From Antedon mediterranea (lineage: Eukaryota; Animalia; Echinodermata): 64,000 bases of DNA. Positions within the stretch are counted from its first letter, which is position 1. The number at the start of each line of letters is the position of its first letter. Under the pieces are notes generated by a model. The model had not been told where the DNA came from. It worked only from the letters and a program-made list of their open reading frames with translations, and ran no database searches. The stretch is taken from the NCBI RefSeq assembly GCF_964355755.1, contig NC_092671.1, forward strand, positions 11,408,001-11,472,000, written 5' to 3'. The translations under genes were made by a program, and so were the position numbers. Below are positions 10,563-19,500 of this stretch, in pieces.

Positions 10563-11339
10563 TTAAACGAGGTACGACGATCTGGCCTGTCTGAAATGTA
10601 GTTTAGCGAGAACCCTTCCTCGTTGAAATGATACCTTTTCTCCCGTGTCGTTTCTTATATCTATAAGGATGGTATCGATATCTTTTTTCACTACCCTTTT
10701 GTATTGAGGACTAGCAAACGTATGTCCGACATTTTTCTTCATGTTTGATTCTCTGGTTTGTAGCGCTTTCAAAATAGGGACGCTCGCGTCTCCAACTCGT
10801 TGAGATTCGATTATATCGGTGTACAAAAACAACGTCGGCACTCTGTGATGAATGTACGCGGGTCTAGAACCGTGTGTAATAGATCCTCGGGGAATCGATG
10901 ATTCGTCCATACCGAGTAATATGGGTAATCCATTTAATAGCGTAACTGATGCTTCTTTGGCGGTTTCCACGTTAATCACTTCTTTAATTGAGCTGAACCG
11001 AAATCTCACTTTGGACTGTAACGACTTTGAAACCAAAACCTCGTTAAGAGCATCAATCACTTTACCTCCGGTTGAATAAAACCCTGGGGCTATAGCTATT
11101 TCGATCGACGAGTCTTCTTCTTCTAATTCGTTATCGCTTATATTCACCAGCAATTTATTGTTGGTATCGTCGACGTTATACCACGTGTGGGGATAATAAA
11201 TTTCGCTTAAACCAACCTCCCATTCACCGTACAAATGAATAGGCTCCGCCAGCTTGGTCGTGTATCTCGTAAGAGTATTTTCGGGAAAACAGTTCATGGA
11301 ACTGTTGCTAGGTAAGAGGACGTAAAACTGAGCCGTCAT
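10563..11339 (-). CDS. Minor capsid protein (penton/PX)
   Basis: FYVLLPSNSS..FPENT...GEWEVGLSEIYYP..W N-terminus and LYTDII...VGD...IDTILIDIRND.G...LHFR C-terminus; likely start MTAQF at 11339. Confidence 0.88.
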   Translation of the reverse strand: MTAQFYVLLPSNSSMNCFPENTLTRYTTKLAEPIHLYGEWEVGLSEIYYPHTWYNVDDTNNKLLVNISDNELEEEDSSIEIAIAPGFYSTGGKVIDALNEVLVSKSLQSKVRFRFSSIKEVINVETAKEASVTLLNGLPILLGMDESSIPRGSITHGSRPAYIHHRVPTLFLYTDIIESQRVGDASVPILKALQTRESNMKKNVGHTFASPQYKRVVKKDIDTILIDIRNDTGEKVSFQRGRVLAKLHFRQARSSYLV

Positions 11340-11344
11340 GATGT

Positions 11345-12403
11345 TTACCGGGCAATATTCTGAACCCAACTGTTGAACTTGGCCGGATAACCTAACCACT
11401 TAACGAAATATTCCGTTTTCCCTCCTCGTTTTCTTTTCTTTATTACTTCTTCCACGCGATACGTATCCTTGTCGCTTTTGGATACTTTTTGCAATTCCTT
11501 TTCGTAAAAAGTACCTTCTATGATTTCGCCGTCCCAATCCTCCAGTTTATATGTGGGAACGGTCGAACCGGTACGCTTACGTATCCTAAATATCTCCTCC
11601 GTCCAGTTTGCCAGGTAACCTTTCTCGAAAGGCATTTTGTATCTACTTATTCGCACTTTATTACCCTCTTTGAACTTGGGCCGAACTTGTTTCTTTTGCT
11701 TCATTTTATACAGATTTTCCCAAACTTCATGTTCGTTATCTTTTGTAACCTGTGAGGGCGCCATACCGATTGATCTGTGTTTAGAATTATTGTAACTCGA
11801 TACCAATTTTGGAAGTACGTCTATATATTTTCGAGTAGCTTTTGATGTAAAGTATCTCCACATCCTAGTTTTCAACGATCTATTGAATCTTTCCACGACG
11901 CTAGCTTTTGTTTCGTTATTGGTAGTGAAAAAATGTATATTCAACGATTTTAGGAGCGCTTGAACTTTACGATTAGTAAACTCTGTACCTTTATCAGTGT
12001 GAATTTTTAATGGCTTTCTTTTTCCAGATAATAGTTTTTTCATAGCAGTAAGCATAGAACCGGCAGATTTATTCTTTATAGGTAAAACCCATGCATATTT
12101 ACTAAGTACGTCTATACACGTAATAAGAAACGTGTTTTGTTTATTATACTTTTTTAAAGAAGACAAGTCAACGAGATCCAATTCCCACTGCTCGTCAATA
12201 GCTGTAACAAACACCCTGTTTCTCTGAAAACGTCTTTGAATAGGTTTATGAAGAGTGTACGTATCTTGTTTTTCTAACCAGTCTTGAACGTCAGTCTTTG
12301 AAATATTAGAGTCATTTTTCACGTTTGTATAAAGTCGATCGACACCCCCGAAACTACCAGGGTTTTTTGGGTCGTAGTACGTAGAACTTAATAGTCTGTC
12401 CAT
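11345..12403 (-). CDS. Retroviral-like (RVE) integrase with C-terminal chromodomain
   Basis: DDE triad LDLVD / HTDKGTEF / VVERFNR; chromodomain YRVEEVIKKR..EYFVKWLGYP..NSW. Confidence 0.95.
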   Translation of the reverse strand: MDRLLSSTYYDPKNPGSFGGVDRLYTNVKNDSNISKTDVQDWLEKQDTYTLHKPIQRRFQRNRVFVTAIDEQWELDLVDLSSLKKYNKQNTFLITCIDVLSKYAWVLPIKNKSAGSMLTAMKKLLSGKRKPLKIHTDKGTEFTNRKVQALLKSLNIHFFTTNNETKASVVERFNRSLKTRMWRYFTSKATRKYIDVLPKLVSSYNNSKHRSIGMAPSQVTKDNEHEVWENLYKMKQKKQVRPKFKEGNKVRISRYKMPFEKGYLANWTEEIFRIRKRTGSTVPTYKLEDWDGEIIEGTFYEKELQKVSKSDKDTYRVEEVIKKRKRGGKTEYFVKWLGYPAKFNSWVQNIAR

Positions 12404-12709
12404 AACTCTCTCACTCGTTGAAATGAAACACTCACACATAAAACATTACTTTTAAAAAAAGAACAACAACATTTTTTTTTTTTTGTAAATTATCAAACAA
12501 TATTTTTTATTAACACACCGCACGAATCAAATATAGTACAATTGTAAATATAGTTTACATACATTTGGAATACAAATACTTTTAAAAATAATTGCAAGTA
12601 AATTGTACGTGAAAGTAATTAGAATAATCGTGAAAATAAAAGAATACAAATAAATTGTAAATGACGTCGGTAAACAAATAATTTGATTTAGAGTTCATTG
12701 TTAAGAAAG

Positions 12710-13525
12710 TTATTTCAACATTGATGTAGGCCTGCGTCCTCCGTTATCGTTTTCGTCAACACCACCGTCGACGGTAACTGCTTTATCAACCTCTTCAATC
12801 ATCTTTTGTATTTCACCGTGTTGTTCGATTAACTTGTACCACTGTTTTTTTGGAAGGTTTATACCTTTTTTGCCGGGTTTAAACTCGCCTCCTTCTTCGG
12901 CCTGGTAACAACGGCGAATACATACAAACTGCTCTTCTTTCCAGTTACTAACTATCACATGTATTATAGGTGTGTCCGAAAGAGGGATTCTTACTGCCTC
13001 CACCAAGTTAATGTCTCTTTGCAAATCGTCTAGGGCTTGAAGAATTAAATCAATATTGGTAAAAAGTTTTTGCCACAACAGAACGGGTAAATTAATACCT
13101 ACAGGCCCAGGTTTGAAGGCACCATTTTCTTCCGTTTGATAAAATTCTCTGAGGCAAACATAAACAACTTCACCCCAGCGCTGGGCCACTACATGGCGTT
13201 TTTCAGACAGAAAAATCCTGTTTGTTGAGGTTATTGTAACCTTTGGTTCAGCACCGGTCATTTCGGTATAATCCTTGGCGCTCATTCCTGAGGCAGAGTG
13301 AAATGTTTTTTTACTTGTAGACGGCTTCGTTGCTTTACTCAAATCGTTAGATTGACTGTTGAAAAATTTTCTAGGATCCAATAATTTCGAGGAGTTAGAA
13401 GTCATCGTTGGTACTTTAAAACTGCTACACTCGTCAGTTTTAGAACTCCCCATAACTCTTTTCATAGTCCTACGAGCCTTCTCGCCAATTGCTAATTTTG
13501 GAGCAGGTACGTTTTTGAAACTCAT
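12710..13525 (-). CDS. Protein with two tandem PC4/Sub1-like ssDNA-binding domains
   Basis: VYVCLREFY...FKPGPVGINL...W and FVCIRRCY...FKPGKKGINL..QW match the PC4 signature (IREYY...PGKKGISL..EQW); start may be 13525 or 13606. Confidence 0.85.
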   Translation of the reverse strand: MSFKNVPAPKLAIGEKARRTMKRVMGSSKTDECSSFKVPTMTSNSSKLLDPRKFFNSQSNDLSKATKPSTSKKTFHSASGMSAKDYTEMTGAEPKVTITSTNRIFLSEKRHVVAQRWGEVVYVCLREFYQTEENGAFKPGPVGINLPVLLWQKLFTNIDLILQALDDLQRDINLVEAVRIPLSDTPIIHVIVSNWKEEQFVCIRRCYQAEEGGEFKPGKKGINLPKKQWYKLIEQHGEIQKMIEEVDKAVTVDGGVDENDNGGRRPTSMLK

Positions 13526-13781
13526 GTTGAGCGATTGTATGTAGAGTGATGAACAGAGAGAGTGAAACGAATGATGGTTGATAGTTCTGAATGATTTCGT
13601 TTGCATCAGGTCCGATATATATACAGTTGAGTACGGAAGTACCTTTTTAAAAGTAATTAGCCTAAAGCGTTGTTAATAGTTTTTCCTATCAATTGTCTCC
13701 CTACAACGCATGCGGATTAAAGCATTGTTAATTGTTTGTTTTCCGGTCAATCGTTTTTCCGTGGCACGTGCGAAACACGTT

Positions 13782-14333
13782 TTAGATATCCTCACACAAT
13801 AACTTATACAGGTTCTCTGAATTAGTCAAGGTATTTACGAGAAAGTAAACAAAATGTCTATACCGTGGTAATGAATATTCCTCGTACTTATTCATCTCGC
13901 TGTACACGGTATCGTCTGTAACATACTCTTTATCCAGAACCTCCCGATAAAAATAATCAATCTGTTCTTCTGGAGATTTCATTAAACAGAAGTCATGATC
14001 TTTTTGACCAGGCCTATCAAATTCGCAACCATAACAAGCCGCTTTACTTAACATCCAACACATGTTTAACATTTGAGAAACAAACACTTCTCTGGTTAAA
14101 TATTCCAATTTCAATAAAAATTCTCTCTCCACCTCATCTACGTACGTAAATATACAACTTGTAGCCCGGCTACCCCTCTCATCTCCTTCATCAACACCGG
14201 CGGGTACACCCTCATTGGTCCGCATGTACCGATCACCGATATCGTTACCTGTAACAACAGTCTCCTCATCATCGCTAATAATTATAACTGTATCTACACA
14301 GCTACCTAACGAAAAATCTATACTTCCAGACAT
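13782..14333 (-). CDS. Polinton accessory protein with CxxC...HxxC motif
   Basis: 183-aa ATG ORF; CYGCEFDRPGQKDHDFC; SIM-like VIIISDDEE near the N-terminus. Confidence 0.7.
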   Translation of the reverse strand: MSGSIDFSLGSCVDTVIIISDDEETVVTGNDIGDRYMRTNEGVPAGVDEGDERGSRATSCIFTYVDEVEREFLLKLEYLTREVFVSQMLNMCWMLSKAACYGCEFDRPGQKDHDFCLMKSPEEQIDYFYREVLDKEYVTDDTVYSEMNKYEEYSLPRYRHFVYFLVNTLTNSENLYKLLCEDI

Positions 14334-14493
14334 AGCGAAATACTGTAACTCTACGATAAAATAGACGAAACAACTGGAAAGGTCACAAAAAGCAGTCCCT
14401 CTTCTTACAATGTCTAAAAAGAAACGGCTCTAAAATATAAAAAACAAAACTATTGTACCAAACAAAAAGAACAATGAACAAAAGAAATTAGGA

Positions 14494-14859
14494 AATACTA
14501 AACAAAGGTGACCTATGCAATGGTCAAACCGCCTAAAAATAACAATAGCAATCCTCAAACAAAGAACTACCTTCACTAATATATTTTAACCCAGGCCAAA
14601 ACGAAAACCCCGCCAAAATAACAAACCCCCTTCTCTAACAAAGAATGACCTTTCGCTAATTAATATTACAATAACAGGAAATTAAACAATAGAAAATATA
14701 ATATATACCCTAGGGATATGACATTCCTTTCGGGTCTGGTACAAAGAGTGACCTTTCACTAATTATTATTACAATACCTGGAAATTAAACAATAGAAATA
14801 TGAAATATGCCCTGGGGGTATGACATTCCATTCGGGTCTGAAGTCCTACATATACTACT
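14494..14859. repeat. Probable right terminal inverted repeat with two internal ~100-bp direct repeats
   Basis: 14638-14738 and 14741-14840 are near-duplicates. Window bases 1-10 (gtttagtatt) are the reverse complement of 14494-14503, which suggests the inner TIR boundary. Confidence 0.6.
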
Positions 14860-14899
14860 CATATTCACCAATGTATTTAAAGACGTTATCAAACTTCAT
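14860..14899 (-). pseudogene. First 13 codons of a third SLC22-like paralog, interrupted by the Polinton
   Basis: Reads MKFDNVFKYIGEY-G, nearly identical to 23966-24005; its upstream region also matches 24006-24330. Confidence 0.9.
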
Positions 14900-14916
14900 A
14901 GTGTGATACTGGCAGT

Positions 14917-15350
14917 ATACTTATTCAACAACCAAACCTGACGCTACTGATCCATTGATAGGATTGGTTCTATTGTGTGTAAGCTACAGTTCTTACAAAT
15001 TAACATAGCACAAGACCATATATAGAATACCTTTAAATGCATCAGCGCGCAATTATTGTGTTTCTAGTAAATTGGTACTTATTCAACAACCAAACCTGAC
15101 GCTACTGATCCCTGGATAGGATTGGTTCTATTGTGTGTAGGCTACAGTTGTTACAAATTAACATAGCACAAGACCATATATAGAATACCTTTAAATGCAT
15201 CAGCGCGCAATTATTGTGTTTCTAGTTTGGTACTTATTCAACAACCAAACCTGACACTACTGATCCCTGGATAGGATTGGTTCTATTGTGTGTAGTTGTT
15301 ACAAATGTTAGTTATTAACATATTAACACAAGACTAAATGCATCACCGCG
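14917..15350. repeat. ~155-bp tandem repeat upstream of the SLC22 start codon (3 copies here, 2 at 24023-24330)
   Basis: tacttattcaacaaccaaacctgacgctactgatcc...gcgcgcaattattgtgtttctag repeated; the third copy is degenerate. Confidence 0.85.
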
Positions 15351-15406
15351 CAATCCCTCTTTCAAGTTTAACTTAACTTTAACTATTGTACTATTTTTGA
15401 AAACAA

Positions 15407-15712
15407 ATGCTCCTGCGGGTCCCATGGACTCAACACCGCACAAATGATAGCATAAGAGAGGAGCTTGGTGTATCAAATGATTGGTTGCTGCAGTATGTTA
15501 AAAAGCAGAAATTGTGCTATTTTGGTGACATTAAGCGGAAAGATGGAATGGAGAAGCCAGTGTTAGAGGCTTATGTTACAGGGAAGAGAAGAAGAGGAAG
15601 ACCAAGATGCAAATGGAAAAGAACTATAACAGATGTGTTTGACTCTATGGAGCAAGCAAGTAGGATGACAGAAGACAGGCGATGGTTTCAGAATACTGTT
15701 AGAGAAGCTTTC
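15407..15712 (+). mobile_element. 3' fragment of an RTE-clade LINE
   Basis: MLLRVPW..RTND...KLCYFG.IKR...GKRRRGRPR.KW is the typical RTE ORF C-terminus; paralogous to 27166-27499. Confidence 0.75.
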
Positions 15713-16512
15713 TTTTTTTTTTCGAGTGTGAAAATCTCCTCTTGAGGATGAAGTCTTTCTCATGATTGTTGTCCGTGCTTAAAAAATGCCTAATGCAAAA
15801 GCTTTCGATAATTTAGAGCTCACTTGTAATCAAGCTATATACATATTAAATAAAATCATAAATCATGAAAATAAACAATGCTGATACTTCTGTTTTTCGT
15901 GATCATTACATCACACATCGTGCCCAGCAGACTCTAACCCCGATATTTATTCTGTAGAATAGATATGTTCGAAATGGATGACACCATTTAGTTTGTCGTT
16001 AAAGTTAGACTGGAAGATGAACTAAATTTTGTTTTGGAAAAGACTTTGATATGTAAATTTGAAGTAGTTATTATTATTATATTTTTCTGGATAGGCGAAA
16101 ATTAAAACGAAGTTTTAAAAATTTGAAATTGTAAGTAATTCATGGTATAAGTGATAGATTCTACTTTATTTCTCCGTTTATAAAAATATTGTTTTAGATA
16201 CTATTTCTAAAATTAAAAATAAATTGTCATTAGTAACATTATTAGTTTGCTAAAACACACATACTGTATATTTATATACTAAACATAAATGTAAACCTAT
16301 AGTAGGTTATTTTTTAATTAGCTACAAGTACAACATGTTACTGCTATTTGACATATTCCCTTCTATACATAAATGTTTTGAACACATTGCTTAGTTTCAC
16401 GGCGATTTAAATATCTAGATACAACCCAAACCCAAACGAAATTAACTAAAGCTGGCATGAGAACCAATATAACGATTTAATCACTATTTCAAATTGCAAC
16501 AGTTTTTTATTC

Positions 16513-19500
16513 TTAAGTATTGGCTGCTCCTTGCATCTGAAGACTTTCAAAATCTTTATTCCCTCTTATGTTGTTTTTCCTGTAATAATAAAACAAGAAT
16601 ATAAGTTACACGGTGTCATCGGTAATCGGAAATAAGTTTAAAGGTAAAAGTAAAGTACTGTTTTTACCTTGTAATCATTTCAGCTTCTTCTATAGTCTGC
16701 GGCATTGGCACATTTAAAGTTTCCGGCAGCAGAAGTGCCACCAGTCCAGAAGTCACTGACGTAAAACTGAACGCCACCAGCGGCAGAGGTGCCCATACTT
16801 TTTCGAGGAAAAGAATCTGTGGGGCAAGCATCCCAGCCACTCGTGAAAAGAGAGAGCATATTCCTAAACCGGTGCTCCTGTAAACACATAAAATTACGTT
16901 GTAAGTGTCACATGTATTGACACAATGTGCACCAAAAGAACGGGTGCTGTGTTTTTTTCGTAAAACCAATCATTTATACAAAGGCCAGAAAACATTCAGG
17001 AATTAATATTATTGTACGAACTTAGCATATATTATTGCTTGTGAAAATAAATGTATTTAACTTGCCTAATATTCGTTGGAAAAAGTTCAACAGTATATAT
17101 ATAAACAATTCCAAATGCAGATGTAATGAAAAACTTGCCAATCATTGCTAAAGATGTTCTGAAAGCCACGAGTGTTACCGCTGAAGATGTACAAACATGA
17201 TTATTATTACTCTAAATAAATGGCTTTATAAAAGCAACACGTTGCTCAAAAATTGAAAATTCGAATCGACCTGAAAAATACATTGTTAAATTACCTTAGT
17301 AATATTTGTAGTATAATAAAAAGGTGGAATTCTGATTGTCGGTTTAGAATTAATGTTCTTTGCCTCTTGTGTTTATATATATATATATAAACACAAGAGG
17401 CAAAGAACATTAATTCTAAACCGCCCGGTGATATACTGAAATTTAATTAATTAATTTGAAACGATAAAGATGAGGAAATCTGTGAGAATGAGAAAAAGTC
17501 GCCCCAACCGCCGAGACTCGAACTCGGCCCGCCTGCTTGATATGCAGATGTCTTAACCATTAGACCACTGGCGCTTTCATGGTATTGTTCGAACTCGATT
17601 GGATAACGACTCTTTAACATTCTCGGCGTGGTACGGCGGAACAGCACTAGTCCTCAGTTGTACGCACGCGTGGTCTAATGGTTAGGACATCTGCATATCA
17701 AGCAGGCGGTCAGAGTTCGAGTCTCGGTTGGGGCGACTTTTTCTCATTCTCACAGATTTCCTCATCTTTATCGTTTCAAATTAATTAATTAAATTTCAGT
17801 ATATCACCGGGCGGTTTAGAATTAATGTTCTTTGCCTCTTGTGTTTATATATATAAAAGTATCTCTTCGGAGATCCCGCCTCGTGAATAACAAGGCCAAA
17901 AGCCATTAAGTCGCGTGCTACAATGCATAGTGATACCGGACCGATAGACAGACCGACAGACCGACAGACAGACAGACAGAGAGACCGACCGACCGACATA
18001 GTGAACTATACTGACCGAAATTACTGAAGATGTTTAAAAATGTTGAAATGTTTAAAAACATTTATTTTTTTTTAATTTACACGTGCGTAGCCTGTCACTT
18101 TCGACGTGCTCGTATAACGTAATTTCGAGTTGAAAAGTAAGTCAAGAAAACAGAAATAGGGCAAAAAGAGTGCGCAATAACATTTAACACGCAGTGCGCG
18201 CGCAAAAATATGCGCACTCATGGCAATTTTGTAAACGCTTAAAATGGCCTGAAATGTACTCTTATTTCATCGAAAATAAATTTTGAAAATGTTAAGCGCG
18301 CGTCGTACGCATGCGTTACATGCGCTACGCACGTAATTGTATTGCCATATGATGATTTATGCCCTGAAATTTATGAGTACCAAATTTTATTTAATTGTGA
18401 TTCATGGTTGTGAAGATATGATTACAAACGTGATTTCGTTAAATCGTGCGTAGACCGCGTAATTTTTTATTGCGCACCGTGAAAACATAACCACATTGAT
18501 TCCTGGCCATAAGGAATATACTGTGAAAAATTGACCTAGCTAGATTAAACTGATATCAAGATAAGGCCAGAAAGCGATAAAACGCATAGTGATACCGGAC
18601 CGACAGACAGACAGACAGACAGACCGACAGACAGACAGACAGACCGACCGACATAGTGAACTATAGAGTCGCTTCCACGTGACTAAAAATACTGAAAGAT
18701 GAGGGCGTATCAATTTGATCTCTGTTGCGCGTGCGTACAACTGAGGACTAGTGCTGTTCCGCCGTACCACGCCGAGAATGTTAAAGAGTCGTTATCCAAT
18801 CGAGTTCAAACAATACCATGAAAGCCCCAGTGGTCTAATGGTTAGGACATCTGCATATCAAGCAGGCGGTCCGAGTTCGAGTCTCGGTTGGGGCGACTTT
18901 TTCTCATTCTCACAGATTTCCTCATCTTTATCTACTACTGGTTTTACAACGCTACTCATGCCAGTGAGGGAAGGGTGATGATGTGGGTGGTTTAACTGCA
19001 ATAATAAAGATTTATACATAATATACGGCGAGTGAAAACGCAGCTCTTTATCCGTTTAAAAAAAAATGTATATTATATCCAACCTCTGCAACACAGATTG
19101 AAAAAAAAATGGATCGAATTTCTGTTATGAGGATACAGTACTTGCCTTTACGACGCCTGAGGGAATAGACACTTGTGGAACAGAGATTGGAATGTTCCAT
19201 TCCTCGCAAATCAATACATTTGTATAATCGTATATTAAATCTATCAAAATAGTATTTTTTAAAGAAAATCGGCCTGTCTTCAACATTATGATGGTGTACT
19301 CTAGCTGTTCAACCGGTTTTCAGCTATTAAAAACAATTATCGTAGGAGGAGATAGGAAAATGCGAAGCCTCCTCGCATTTTTGTGGCGGGTATTTTTCAA
19401 GATGGACATCCATTAGACAGTGTATACCACGGTCGGAAAACACCCCTATTTGGGGCAAATCGTTGAACCTAAATTCGTTTTAATCATCAATAACTAATTA

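Larger units (their letters stand above)
1..14859. mobile_element. Polinton/Maverick (adintovirus-like) element; left terminus lies just outside the window
   Basis: Full hallmark gene set (pPolB, ATPase, protease, MCP, mCP, RVE integrase). Right end reads ...CATATACTACT (14859), the complement of the canonical 5'-AGTAGT Polinton terminus, and host SLC22 exon sequence follows immediately. Confidence 0.96.

Noticed and set aside
1359-13544. Short antisense/overlapping ORFs inside Polinton genes (e.g. 3201-3614, 9238-9591, 11489-11755)
   Set aside because: Shadows of long coding frames with no recognisable motifs.
18824-18895. Bona fide tRNA-Asp gene
   Set aside because: Atypical A32 and ATC anticodon, embedded in a dispersed repeat whose other copies carry indels.
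17447-18978. Repeated small ORFs MLFRRTTPRMLKSRYPIEF (also 31036-31266)
   Set aside because: Chance frames across the tRNA-containing repeat, with non-ATG starts and frameshifts between copies.
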